64,000 nucleotides of DNA from Candidatus Woykebacteria bacterium (GTDB lineage Bacteria; Patescibacteriota; Microgenomatia; Woykebacterales; RBG-16-39-9b), in assembly GCA_040876345.1 (NCBI GenBank), contig JBBDPM010000006.1, positions 6,803-70,802 on the forward strand, written 5' to 3'. Positions 8,365 to 18,122 of this stretch are shown here, one piece after another. Both the position numbers and the translations under genes were made by a program. The notes under the pieces are model-generated. The model was not told where the DNA came from. It searched no databases and was given only the letters and a program-made list of their open reading frames with translations. Every line of letters starts with the position of its first letter. Position 1 is the stretch's first letter.

Positions 8365-8643
8365 AAAAGCACTGATTCAGAGAGGGCTGATTCGAAAACC
8401 ATACAGAGAGCCAGTTAAGGTGAGAGTCTGGCAGGCGATTAGATCAGTCTATTCACTGAGGAGCTGAAGGCTGAAAAATAATTTTAGTAGGTCATTCCGG
8501 GAACGCCCGTTATAGCGTGATGAACCTTATCACCCTTCAAACAACCGGGTTGAGAGGTTCTAGATTGGTCTTTCTCGGCAACGGGAAGACAAGTAAGGTG
8601 GTACAGCGGCCAAGACTCGCCCTTACAGGGGGGGTCTTTTTTT
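8365..8643 (+). ncRNA. T-box riboswitch with Phe (UUC) specifier
   Basis: GA motif, AGAGA box, GGTGAGA loop, specifier TTC at 8452-8454, stem II GAA/AGTA, CCGTTA. T-box TAAGGTGGTACAGCG pairs with CGCCCTTA. Terminator at 8612-8643. Lies upstream of pheST. Confidence 0.92.
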
Positions 8644-8655
8644 GTGGGAGAACTT

Positions 8656-9675
8656 ATGATTGTAATAATGGAAAAAGATTATTTAAAAAAGGATCTTAAC
8701 TTGGTTATAGATCGAATACATAGAGAAGGGTTAAGAGCCGAGCCAATAATAGGAGTGGAGCGTACAGTTGTTGCCGTAGTCGGGGACATCACAGAAATAC
8801 CAGAAATGAAGTCCAACTTAGAGGAAACGCCTGGAGTGGCCGAAGTTCAAAGAATTAGCACACCATATAAACTCTCTTCTCGGCAAGTGCAGAAAGAAGA
8901 CACTATTGTCGATGTCTCCGGAGTAAAGTTTGGCGCTAAAAATATAGTGGTGATTGCTGGCCCGTGCGCGGTAGAATCTGAAAAGCAAACAGTAGAAACT
9001 GCTATTGCCGTAAAAAAATCTGGGGCGAAGGTTTTACGAGGCGGCGCCTTTAAACCAAGAGCCTCCCCATACAGCTTCCAAGGTTTGGAAAAAGAAGGTT
9101 TGAAAATACTCTCCAAAGCTAGGAAGGAAACTGGACTCCCCGTTGCAACAGAAGTAATTAGCCCAGAGGATGTAGAGCTCGTCTCGGAATATTCTGACAT
9201 CCTCCAAATCGGGGCGAGAAACGCCCAAAACTTTCCCCTTTTAAAGAAGTGTGGAAAAGCAAAAAGACCAATAATACTAAAAAGAGGCCTGGGCGAGACG
9301 ATTGAAGAGTGGTTACTCTCGGCTGAATATATCTTGGAAGGTGGTAATAAAAACGTAATTCTTTGTGAGAGAGGGATAAGAACATTTGAGGTGGCCACTA
9401 GGTTCACCTTAGATATCGATGCAATACCCCTTACTAAAAACCTCTCCCACTTGCCGGTAATTGGGGACCCAAGTCACGGAACAGGGAAAAGAATATTAGT
9501 TAAACCAGTCGCCAAAGCCTGCATTGCCGCTGGTGCTGATGGGCTTATCATTGAGGTTCACCCAAACCCAGAGCAAGCAAAATCTGACTCTCCGCAGCAG
9601 TTGAATTTCAGCGAGTTCGAGATTCTTATGAGGGAGGTCAGGAAAATTGCAAGGGCGGATGGGAGAAAATTATGA
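8656..9675 (+). CDS. aroF: DAHP synthase type I-beta with an N-terminal ferredoxin-like regulatory domain
   Basis: IAGPCAVES, GGAFKPRASPYSFQG, IGARN, LCERGIR, DPSHGTG; SD GGGAG before ATG 8656. Confidence 0.92.
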   Translation: MIVIMEKDYLKKDLNLVIDRIHREGLRAEPIIGVERTVVAVVGDITEIPEMKSNLEETPGVAEVQRISTPYKLSSRQVQKEDTIVDVSGVKFGAKNIVVIAGPCAVESEKQTVETAIAVKKSGAKVLRGGAFKPRASPYSFQGLEKEGLKILSKARKETGLPVATEVISPEDVELVSEYSDILQIGARNAQNFPLLKKCGKAKRPIILKRGLGETIEEWLLSAEYILEGGNKNVILCERGIRTFEVATRFTLDIDAIPLTKNLSHLPVIGDPSHGTGKRILVKPVAKACIAAGADGLIIEVHPNPEQAKSDSPQQLNFSEFEILMREVRKIARADGRKL

Positions 9676-9717
9676 AGACTCCGTTAGCAAAAAAGAGCCT
9701 ATGTTATCCTAACTAAA

Positions 9718-10728
9718 ATGAAAAATTTGGAGAAAGTTGAAAAGGAAGCGTTGGAAAAAATAGAAAAGGCCCAAGATAGAAACGAGCTGGAAAGTATCCG
9801 AATTCATTACTTTGGAAGGAAGAGTGGTATTCTAACAATATTAGCCGGGGAGTTGCCAAAACTACCCAACCAAGAGAAAAGAAAAGTCGGACCAGTGTTC
9901 AATAAAGTCAAAAATAGCCTGCAGAAAGCTCTAGCGGAAAAATCTGGGAATTTTCAGGAAGCTAAATCAACTAATACTCAAGAACCCAAAAATTTAGAGA
10001 TGGGAGAAGATTTACCGTTTGACCCAACAATACCAGGTAGGAGCCAAAATATAGCCTCATCCCACCCCTTAACAAGCGTTGTTGATGAGGTTAAGGAAAT
10101 ATTTCACTACCTGGGATTTTCCTGGGTTGATGGGCCAGAGGTAGAACTTGATCTTTACAACTTCCAAAAGCTTTTAATACCAAAGGACCACCCCTCTCGG
10201 GATGTTCAACAAACCTACTATATTAACGACGAGCTGCTTCTGCGAACCCATACTTCCCCAATGCAAGTAAGATATATGGAGACTCATCAGCCTCCAATTA
10301 GAATTATCTCTCCAGGCAGAGCCTACCGACGGGACATGCCAGATGCTACCCATCTTCCCGACTTTTTACAAATTGAAGGCCTTTTAGTTGATACAGAAAC
10401 TTCAATGACCGATTTAATGGGCTCTTTGGATTTTTTTGCAAAGAGAATGTTTGGGGAATCTTCCAGGGTGCGCTTCTACGGCCACAATTTCCCTTACACT
10501 GAGCCGTCAATTGAGATAGAAGTTTTTCACGAAAAGCAAGGCTGGATTGAAATTCTGGGCGCCGGTATGGTTCATCCTGAAGTGCTCCGCGGAAGTGGCG
10601 TAGACCCAGAAAAATATCGCGGCTGGGCTTTTGGCATGGGACCAAACAGATTAGCCATGCTTAAATATGGAATTGATGATATAAGAGCCCTCTACAGTAG
10701 CGACCTTAGGTTTTTAAAACAATTTTAG
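9718..10728 (+). CDS. pheS: Phenylalanine--tRNA ligase alpha subunit
   Basis: HPSRD, LRTHTS, FPYTEPS, GWAFGMG motifs. Confidence 0.97.
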   Translation: MKNLEKVEKEALEKIEKAQDRNELESIRIHYFGRKSGILTILAGELPKLPNQEKRKVGPVFNKVKNSLQKALAEKSGNFQEAKSTNTQEPKNLEMGEDLPFDPTIPGRSQNIASSHPLTSVVDEVKEIFHYLGFSWVDGPEVELDLYNFQKLLIPKDHPSRDVQQTYYINDELLLRTHTSPMQVRYMETHQPPIRIISPGRAYRRDMPDATHLPDFLQIEGLLVDTETSMTDLMGSLDFFAKRMFGESSRVRFYGHNFPYTEPSIEIEVFHEKQGWIEILGAGMVHPEVLRGSGVDPEKYRGWAFGMGPNRLAMLKYGIDDIRALYSSDLRFLKQF

Positions 10729-10736
10729 TTTAAATT

Positions 10737-12755
10737 ATGTTAGTACCCCTATCTTGGTTAAAAGATTACGTCAATCTTGAAGAAAACTCAGAGGAATTAG
10801 CCGAAAAACTGGTGTTTTCGGGAACTAAAATCGAAGAGATCTTAAAAAAAGAAGGCGAAACTATCTTTAAACTTGAAATAACTCCTAATCGAGCCGACTG
10901 CTTAGGAATAATCGGAGTGGCCCGCGAAGTAGCAGCGCTCTATGAGAGGGATTTAAAAATCCCGCAGCCATTTTTGGAAACAGTCCAAACTAAAAGAAAA
11001 AAATCCTTGAAGCTTACTCTTAAAGACCCATCGCTTTGCCCTTATTACTCTCTGGGCGTAATTGATAACGTGAGAGTTCAAGAGTCTCCAGACTGGCTTA
11101 AAAAAAGGCTTGAACTAGCCGGGATAAGAGCCATCAACAATGTGGTTGATATAACAAATTACGTAATGATTGAGACAGCGCAACCAATGCACGCTTTTGA
11201 CTTGGACAAAGTCAAAGGGGAGGCGGTTTTGCGCTCTAGTAGAAAGGGAGAAAAAGTGACTACTCTTGATGGGGTAGAGCGGTCATTAAATGAAGGCGCC
11301 ATAATAATTGAGGACTCTGAAAAACTCATTGACCTAGCCGGTTTAATGGGCGGTAAAAACTCTCAAGTTGATAAGGACACATCAACAATTGTACTCCACG
11401 TACCAGTGTATAACCCAGTCTCAATAAGAAAAGCGTCCCAATTTACTGGCCTTAGGACTGAAGCCTCCAACCGCTTTGAAAAAATTCTTGATCCAAACGC
11501 CCACCGCTTTGCCTTTGAAAGAGCCCTTCATCTACTAAAAGTAGAAGCCGAAGGCTCCCTTGCTTCAGAGATTAAAAGCGTCAACTATCCAGTTAAAAGC
11601 TCCCCGTTTACGATACTTACTGACGAAATAGATGAAATTCTTGGAGTCAAAATACCGGAAAAGGATATAGTTAACATTTTAGTGAATCTTGGTTTTGAGG
11701 TCCTGCCAAGCCCCAGTACAGAAGGTCACGCCCTTGAAGTAAGGCCACCGACCTGGAGAGGTGATGTAAAAACAACCGAGGACATCGCCGAAGAGGTGGG
11801 TCGAATCTGGGGCTATAATAGCTTTCCCAAAACCCTGCCAAAAGGGGATATACCGACTCACGAAGACTCGTTTAAACCAGACTGGGAAAGGAAGATAAAG
11901 GGTCTTTTACCATCTATTGGTTTTTACGAAACTTACACTCACGCTCTGATAAGCGCGCAAAACCTAGCAAGGCTTTCCATAAGGGAGACCGAGATTTTGA
12001 AAGTCAATAACCCAATGACAGTTGATTTTGAATACCTTCGCCCCACGCTCTTGAGTGGACTTTTGGAAGGGGTAAGTTTAAACCTTCGAAATTTTAAAGA
12101 CGTATCTTTGTTTGAACTTGGAAGAGCCTTTTCAAAAAAAATAGACTCAAAAACAAAGCTCCCGCTTCAGCCGAAAACACTCACCGCTGTCTCTACTTCC
12201 ATGCGATTTTCGCAAATGAAGGGGGTTGTGGAAGAAATACTTACCAAGCTAAATATTAAACAGGCAAGTTTTGAGATTCTTGAAAAAGAGGGAGTTTGGG
12301 ACAAAAATTTTTCGGCGAAGATTAGTACAGTAAAAGACGAGGTAGGAATTGTGGGCAAAATAGACAGCAAAATCACCAAGAATATATCGATTGATAAAGA
12401 AGTATTCGGATTTGAGATTGATTTTGATAAACTAGTAAAACATGCCTCAAGTGAGATTAAGTATAAGTCTCTCCCAAAATTTCCAGTGGTGTATGAGGAT
12501 TTATCAATTCTCGTTGATCAAAAAATAGCGGTTCAGGAAATACTGGACACAATAGAATCCCTTAAAGAAAAACGGCTCCGATCCGCCACAATTGGTGAGG
12601 TTATACCTTGGCAAGAAAACAAAAAATCAATTCTACTCCACTTGGAATACTCTGATAATCAAAAGACCCTCATCGATGATGAAGCAGCAAACATTCGAAA
12701 GAAAATTGTTGAAAAACTAAACAGTAATTTAGATATAGAGTTAAGAAGTTTGTAG
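10737..12755 (+). CDS. pheT: Phenylalanine--tRNA ligase beta subunit (short, no OB domain)
   Basis: EITPNRADCLG, INNVVDITNYVM, EEVGRIWGY; C-terminal FDX-ACB domain. Confidence 0.95.
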   Translation: MLVPLSWLKDYVNLEENSEELAEKLVFSGTKIEEILKKEGETIFKLEITPNRADCLGIIGVAREVAALYERDLKIPQPFLETVQTKRKKSLKLTLKDPSLCPYYSLGVIDNVRVQESPDWLKKRLELAGIRAINNVVDITNYVMIETAQPMHAFDLDKVKGEAVLRSSRKGEKVTTLDGVERSLNEGAIIIEDSEKLIDLAGLMGGKNSQVDKDTSTIVLHVPVYNPVSIRKASQFTGLRTEASNRFEKILDPNAHRFAFERALHLLKVEAEGSLASEIKSVNYPVKSSPFTILTDEIDEILGVKIPEKDIVNILVNLGFEVLPSPSTEGHALEVRPPTWRGDVKTTEDIAEEVGRIWGYNSFPKTLPKGDIPTHEDSFKPDWERKIKGLLPSIGFYETYTHALISAQNLARLSIRETEILKVNNPMTVDFEYLRPTLLSGLLEGVSLNLRNFKDVSLFELGRAFSKKIDSKTKLPLQPKTLTAVSTSMRFSQMKGVVEEILTKLNIKQASFEILEKEGVWDKNFSAKISTVKDEVGIVGKIDSKITKNISIDKEVFGFEIDFDKLVKHASSEIKYKSLPKFPVVYEDLSILVDQKIAVQEILDTIESLKEKRLRSATIGEVIPWQENKKSILLHLEYSDNQKTLIDDEAANIRKKIVEKLNSNLDIELRSL

Positions 12756-12759
12756 TCTC

Positions 12760-12801
12760 AACGCCGTCTGAAAGTGCTTAAGCAACCTCAGACGGCGCGT
12801 T
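12760..12801. terminator. GC hairpin between the convergent pheT and island transcripts
   Basis: CGCCGTCTGA ... TCAGACGGCG inverted repeat. Confidence 0.5.
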
Positions 12802-12834
12802 GTGTTGGACCGCATTCGGACAAGGCAGTTGACC

Positions 12835-13098
12835 TCATTCCGGCGCTTTCACAACAAAGGCGATCTTCACTTCTCTCCGCCCAAAGACCTCTTCTACCCG
12901 CCAACCAACAAGGTGAGCCGCCTCACCGTAGTAGTACTCCGTAAGGGCAGCATCACGTTCCTCGGTCGTGTAGAGCCCATCTCGATACAGGTCAAGAAGA
13001 GCCGCTACGTGCTCCTCAACTATCCGTTCAGGATCGTCGGTGGTAGTAACCATAACAACTTCCTCATCAGAACAGCAGCCGCAGCTCCCTAACAACAT
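12835..13098 (-). CDS. Small acidic hypothetical protein with an N-terminal CGCC motif
   Basis: 87 aa ORF in a GC-rich island with GAGGT upstream; same strand as the 13422-13973 ORF. Confidence 0.55.
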   Translation of the reverse strand: MLLGSCGCCSDEEVVMVTTTDDPERIVEEHVAALLDLYRDGLYTTEERDAALTEYYYGEAAHLVGWRVEEVFGRREVKIAFVVKAPE

Positions 13099-13163
13099 GC
13101 AGCACTTATACCTCAGGAGATTCGAAGATCCCCTCCTGGCAAAATGCCACAGACCTCTCTCTG

Positions 13164-13393
13164 ATGAGCACCGAAAGGGCAGCCAGGAGCTGCCGGCAGC
13201 CTAGGCGATCGGGCCAAACAATGTACGAGACATCCCAGTTGGGTGGGGGCCAGGGGGTGGCACAAGGCCGCCCAACACCCTAAACTGGTGAACTCGCAAG
13301 GCTCAGGTGAGCCGTCCAGCCCTGCCTTGGGAAAGGGTAGCTCTGGGGAGTTCTTCGGTGGGACCCCATCCAGCAAACCCTTTCGGTGCTCAT
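13164..13393. repeat. 230 bp element bounded by perfect 16 bp inverted repeats
   Basis: ATGAGCACCGAAAGGG (13164-13179) and CCCTTTCGGTGCTCAT (13378-13393). Confidence 0.75.
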
Positions 13394-13421
13394 TTAGACC
13401 GCTCAGACCAACCGCCTCATG

Positions 13422-13973
13422 CTATCCTATCGCGCGAATCTTGACTTGGGCTGGTCGGGCTGTTACAACCGGGCCCGGTTGATAACCTCCCCACACGCAA
13501 CGAATCTCTTCCCTATGCGCACGGAAGAAGGTGGGGAACCAAGTGAGGTATTCGAGAACCTCCTCACGAATCCGCCTGTTGATGCTGTACGGGCGGCTTT
13601 CGTTTTGCACTACTTCCCGCCACGTTTGAACTCCGTCAGCACCCACCGCAAGATCCCCCTCGAGCACTGCCCCGAAACGTTGCAGATACCGCTCCACCTC
13701 GAGGCGAAGGCGCTCAAAGTTCTGTAACAGCCTGACTACCTGGTCGTCGTATCCTGGGAAGGGGTTAGGACCCCTAATCACCAAGTCCTTAGCCTTGCCC
13801 CTGGCAAGGTAAGCGAGCCAGAAGATCGTATCCACTGAACCGCGGACCAAACCTTCGGCAAGGACGAGATCGTGTCTTTCGAAACCGATGTTGAGTAGGA
13901 ATTCCCCCGCGAAGTCTTCCGCAGGTCTATCCTCACCAGTTCCCACCCCCTGTGAAGAATCTGGTAGGGTCAT
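13422..13973 (-). CDS. Hypothetical protein (about 183 aa) in a GC-rich island
   Basis: SD GAAAGGAGG upstream of ATG 13973; promoter-like TTGCCT...TAGTAT near 14090-14115 on the - strand. Confidence 0.7.
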   Translation of the reverse strand: MTLPDSSQGVGTGEDRPAEDFAGEFLLNIGFERHDLVLAEGLVRGSVDTIFWLAYLARGKAKDLVIRGPNPFPGYDDQVVRLLQNFERLRLEVERYLQRFGAVLEGDLAVGADGVQTWREVVQNESRPYSINRRIREEVLEYLTWFPTFFRAHREEIRCVWGGYQPGPVVTARPAQVKIRAIG

Positions 13974-14115
13974 TTGGCGTTTGGGCCTCCTTTCCACTCG
14001 CAAGTCGGTCTGAGCGGCGGGACTGGGTACGAAGCAGCACACTTTCTCGTACTCAATCCCGCACGTTTATTAAAGTACAAGCAGAATATACTATATTTTA
14101 ACCTGAAAAGGCAAA

Positions 14116-16728
14116 TTAGGATGGTTTGAGGTGCTTGATACGCTTATCCGGTAAAATCCCAACCGGGAATTTTTCCAAAGTTCCGAGGCCAGCTGGTAGT
14201 TTGGTCGGGCCGCCACCAGCAACTTCTACATCAATTGTATCTTCCACAGTATCACCAGTACTATTATAAGCGATGACTTTGATTTCGTAATTGTCTGGGT
14301 CTACATCAGAGAACGAAGTGGAGTATGGGGAGGTGGTATCAACCGCATCTGGTGTAAATGAACCACCAAGGTAAAATTCTACTTTGGTTACAGAGGAGGG
14401 CGAAGTAGCCGATGCGTTCACCGTAAAATCACTCCCCACAACATCGTTATCATTTGGGCTCGTTATTGTAACTGTAAAATCAGAAGATCCTCCAGAATAG
14501 GTCTTAGTGTCTTTTTTTGTTGGCGGACAGGGTTTGCAGTACTTAAAGGAAGGTTTAAAGAGCCTAGTGTAAGGATCGGTCATAACAAAATAGGTTTTAT
14601 CCGCGGCCAGGCCGGCTGCCTCGCAAGACTCGTTTACCAAAAGCCCGCTTGGTTTACAAATCCTTACCTTTACGTGCATATCATCCTCTGGCGGGGGCTG
14701 CCACTTAGTAAAAACATCAGTTTTTGTTTTGGCCCCGCTTACCACCTTTTGCCCTGTTAAAGAATTCACTTTTGCACTAACCACACCGGCTGGCCTTTTG
14801 AAATCTTCAACCGGCTGGTTCTTCAAAGCCTGCTCCATGATCGTGCGCCAAATGGGCGCTGCACCAGTAATACCTGAGGCTATTCTAGGACTCATTGGTG
14901 TATTATCATTGTTCCCGACCCAAACACCAACTGTTCTTGTTTTAGTAGTACCAAAAGACCAGTTGTCAATCTTGAGTTCAGAAGTACCAGTTTTCACAGC
15001 CAGTCCTTTGCGAAAGTTTAACCGGTTTGCCCAATATGTTCCATAATCTAAATATTTCGCAGTTGGATCAGATAATATATTAGTGATTAAGTAGTCATGC
15101 TCTGGGGTGACAACTTGCTTACCTTCACTCTTCTTAAACTCTTCGGGGTTAAATTCTTCAATAATTTTCCCATTAGAATCTGTCACTTTCAAAATCGATA
15201 CTGGCTTAACTTCCTTTCCGCCGTTGCCTAAAATTGCGTAGGCATTAGTAAGCTCATAAAGTTTTATGGCGCCCCCACCCAAAGTCAAAGAAAGACCGTA
15301 TTGATTCGGATCATCCAGGGTTGTAATCCCAAAATCCTTCAGAGTGTTAATCATCTCCGAAACTCCGTTAACACCAAGCATTTTCACAGCCGGTATGTTA
15401 CGCGAACTGCCAAGTGCAGTCCGCACTGACATTGGCCCATTGAAGCAGTTACAGTAGTTACCGGGAATATAACTTCCACCAAAATCGGTTTTTTGATCTA
15501 AAAACATGGTGGCTGGGTTATAACCTTTTTTGAACCCGGTAATATAATTAAATGGTTTTAAGGCTGACCCTGGCTGCCTCAGCCCTTGGGTAGCAACATT
15601 AAAGTTGCCGGTTATATCTTTAGCGAAATAGTCTTTTGACCCAACCATTGCTAAAATTTCGCCAGTCTCAGTGTTTTGGATCACCGCCGCACCATTACTC
15701 ATCAAAAGTCCTTTTCCGGTATTCTTAATTTCATCACTCACTGCTTTTTGAGCCATATTCTGAAGTTTTAAATCCAAAGTTGTGGTTACTTGCAGGCCGC
15801 TCTCTTGAATTAGTTTAGGACCGTATTTTTCTTCTAGAAGTTGCTTAACGTACAAGGAAAAATGGGGGGCCACAATACCCTCACCGAATTTAGCAAATTT
15901 CACTTTGGGAAGCTCCTTCAGGGATTTTTGCTCCTGCTCAGTCGTAATATAACCATCTTCCCTCATCCTGCGAAGAACATCTTCTGCCCTTGCTAAATAA
16001 GCTTTTGGATCTGGTCCAAATGGAGAATAGATACTCGGTCTTTGCGGAAAACCAGCTAATATTGCCGACTCTGTAACGCTAAGCTCCCAAACATGCTTAC
16101 CAAAATACTGATTGGCGGCAGCTTCCACTCCCCAAGCCGTACCGCCGTAGGGTATTTCGTTTAAGTAAATCTGTAAAATTTGATCTTTTGAATAACGACG
16201 CTCAATTTGAACTGAAAGGATAAATTCCTTAATTTTTCGAGTTACTGTTCGCTCCGGAGACAGAAGAGCGTTCTTGACTAGTTGCTGGGTAAGAGTGGAT
16301 CCTCCGGAAAGCCTCTTCTCAAAAGCGAGATCGCGCACTGATCTCACCAAACCTCGGACGTCATAGCCTTTGTGCTTATAAAAATTTTGGTCCTCAATTG
16401 AGATTGTCGCTTTCTCAAGATAGTCCGGAACCTGGTCAAGGGTTACTAAAGTTCGGTTTTGATCTCCGTGGACGTTGTAAAGCAGTGTTCCAGAGCGGTC
16501 ATAAATTTTAGTGCTTTGCTCTACATTTCTATCCGTCAATCGATTCGGGGAAGGTATTTCCCGGGCGAAGTAACCAAAAACGATCGCAGTCGAAAGTAGG
16601 GCAAATACGAAGAATATAAAGCCAGCCGTAATCAGAGCACTAGCCAGTTTGATTCTTTTTCGTTTCCAAACTCTTTTGTTAACTAGTTTCCCAGGCTTTT
16701 TTGAAGGCGGTGGAAGCAAAGAATACAT
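14116..16728 (-). CDS. Class A penicillin-binding protein (transglycosylase/transpeptidase) with a C-terminal Ig-like domain
   Basis: EDQNFYKH, GGSTLTQQLVKN, RKIKE, SALK (SxxK), SRN, KTGT; C-terminal VTITSP...VTKVEFY...PYS. Confidence 0.93.
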   Translation of the reverse strand: MYSLLPPPSKKPGKLVNKRVWKRKRIKLASALITAGFIFFVFALLSTAIVFGYFAREIPSPNRLTDRNVEQSTKIYDRSGTLLYNVHGDQNRTLVTLDQVPDYLEKATISIEDQNFYKHKGYDVRGLVRSVRDLAFEKRLSGGSTLTQQLVKNALLSPERTVTRKIKEFILSVQIERRYSKDQILQIYLNEIPYGGTAWGVEAAANQYFGKHVWELSVTESAILAGFPQRPSIYSPFGPDPKAYLARAEDVLRRMREDGYITTEQEQKSLKELPKVKFAKFGEGIVAPHFSLYVKQLLEEKYGPKLIQESGLQVTTTLDLKLQNMAQKAVSDEIKNTGKGLLMSNGAAVIQNTETGEILAMVGSKDYFAKDITGNFNVATQGLRQPGSALKPFNYITGFKKGYNPATMFLDQKTDFGGSYIPGNYCNCFNGPMSVRTALGSSRNIPAVKMLGVNGVSEMINTLKDFGITTLDDPNQYGLSLTLGGGAIKLYELTNAYAILGNGGKEVKPVSILKVTDSNGKIIEEFNPEEFKKSEGKQVVTPEHDYLITNILSDPTAKYLDYGTYWANRLNFRKGLAVKTGTSELKIDNWSFGTTKTRTVGVWVGNNDNTPMSPRIASGITGAAPIWRTIMEQALKNQPVEDFKRPAGVVSAKVNSLTGQKVVSGAKTKTDVFTKWQPPPEDDMHVKVRICKPSGLLVNESCEAAGLAADKTYFVMTDPYTRLFKPSFKYCKPCPPTKKDTKTYSGGSSDFTVTITSPNDNDVVGSDFTVNASATSPSSVTKVEFYLGGSFTPDAVDTTSPYSTSFSDVDPDNYEIKVIAYNSTGDTVEDTIDVEVAGGGPTKLPAGLGTLEKFPVGILPDKRIKHLKPS

Positions 16729-16822
16729 CGTATAAATATAAGTTCTAATATTTTACCATTCTTTAGTTGTCTTGCGCAAAATCTTGATATATAATTACGC
16801 CCTGGAGACAAGTTTTGTTACT

Positions 16823-18019
16823 ATGGAAAAATTTGAACTATTATTTAAACATCTCGAGGAAATCTATCCTTCAAGAGAAAATCTAGTTACGCTGCTGAAA
16901 GAGAGCAAGAAGCTCAAAATATACTTAGGTATTGATCCAACAAGCCCCGAAATTCACCTGGGTCACGCAATCGCTCTCTGGAAACTAAAAGAATTCCAAG
17001 AAGCCGGCCACCAAGTAATTTTGCTAGTTGGAGATTTTACCGCAATGATTGGAGATCCCTCCGACAAAGAAGCCACTAGAAAAAGCCTGAGCCGGGAAGA
17101 AGTTTTAGCTAACACTGCGAACTTTAAGAAACAAGCGTCAAAGATCCTTAATTTTTCCGGAGAAAACGCCGCAAAACTTGAATTTAATAGCCACTGGTTG
17201 GCAAAGCTAACCCTATCTGATCTATTAGATCTTGCCGCAAAAGTAACTGTGCAACAACTCTACGAAAGAGATATGTTCCAAAAAAGACTCAAGGGTGGGA
17301 AACCAATTGGACTGCATGAGTTTTTGTATCCCCTTCTGCAGGGTTACGACTCGGTGGCGATGGCGGTTGATGCTGAACTTGGCGGTAGCGACCAAACTTT
17401 CAATATGCTTTTTGGCCGAACACTGCTTAAAAGCCTGAAACATAAGGAAAAGTTTGTATTAACACTTCCTTTACTTGAGGGGACAGATGGTCAAAAGATG
17501 AGTAAATCCTACGGCAATACTATAAATATTTCTAATTCTTCCACAGATATGTTCGGTAAAGTAATGTCCTTGAAAGATGAGCTTATTATAAAATACTTTG
17601 ATCTTTGCACCAAGGTAGGCTCTGCTGAGATCAAGAAGATGTCCGACCAAATCAAATCTATAAACCCAATGGAATTGAAGAAAAAACTAGCGTTTGAAAT
17701 TGTAGCAATTTACCACGGTAAAAAGGCAGCTCAAGACTCCCAAAAAGAGTTTAGTAGGGTGTTTCAAGAGGGAAAAGCCCCAAAGGGTAAACGAATGTTT
17801 CTCCCAAATAAAATTAACGCTGACGCCACCACAATTTTAGAGAAGCTATCGATGGTAAAAAGTAAAAGTGAAGCTAGAAGATTAATCGAGCAGGGCGGAG
17901 TCTACATAAACGGAAGAAAGGTGGACTCACTATCTGACACCTTTTCACTTGAAACAGGAACGCTTGTTCAAATAGGCAAACTTAGATCAGTATCAGTTGA
18001 AATAAGAAAGGATACATGA
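16823..18019 (+). CDS. tyrS: Tyrosine--tRNA ligase
   Basis: GIDPTS, HLGH, YPLLQGYD, GGSDQ, KMSKS; C-terminal S4 domain; start set at ATG 16823. Confidence 0.96.
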   Translation: MEKFELLFKHLEEIYPSRENLVTLLKESKKLKIYLGIDPTSPEIHLGHAIALWKLKEFQEAGHQVILLVGDFTAMIGDPSDKEATRKSLSREEVLANTANFKKQASKILNFSGENAAKLEFNSHWLAKLTLSDLLDLAAKVTVQQLYERDMFQKRLKGGKPIGLHEFLYPLLQGYDSVAMAVDAELGGSDQTFNMLFGRTLLKSLKHKEKFVLTLPLLEGTDGQKMSKSYGNTINISNSSTDMFGKVMSLKDELIIKYFDLCTKVGSAEIKKMSDQIKSINPMELKKKLAFEIVAIYHGKKAAQDSQKEFSRVFQEGKAPKGKRMFLPNKINADATTILEKLSMVKSKSEARRLIEQGGVYINGRKVDSLSDTFSLETGTLVQIGKLRSVSVEIRKDT

Positions 18020-18122
18020 ATTTTATACGTAAAAACCGCTGGATATGGGTAGTAGTATCCATATTCGTAGCCATAAGTTTAATTATCTATCCGCTATTTT
18101 TGAGCACAATTTCCGGCTAAAA

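Noticed and set aside
8517-8699. 60 aa ORF upstream of aroF
   Set aside because: It overlaps the T-box antiterminator and terminator, so a non-coding explanation suffices.
13130-13195. Hammerhead ribozyme suggested by CTGATGAG-CAC-CGAAA
   Set aside because: Stem II would be one base pair, and no NUH site with a correctly placed stem I could be built. The motif is part of the 16 bp inverted repeat.
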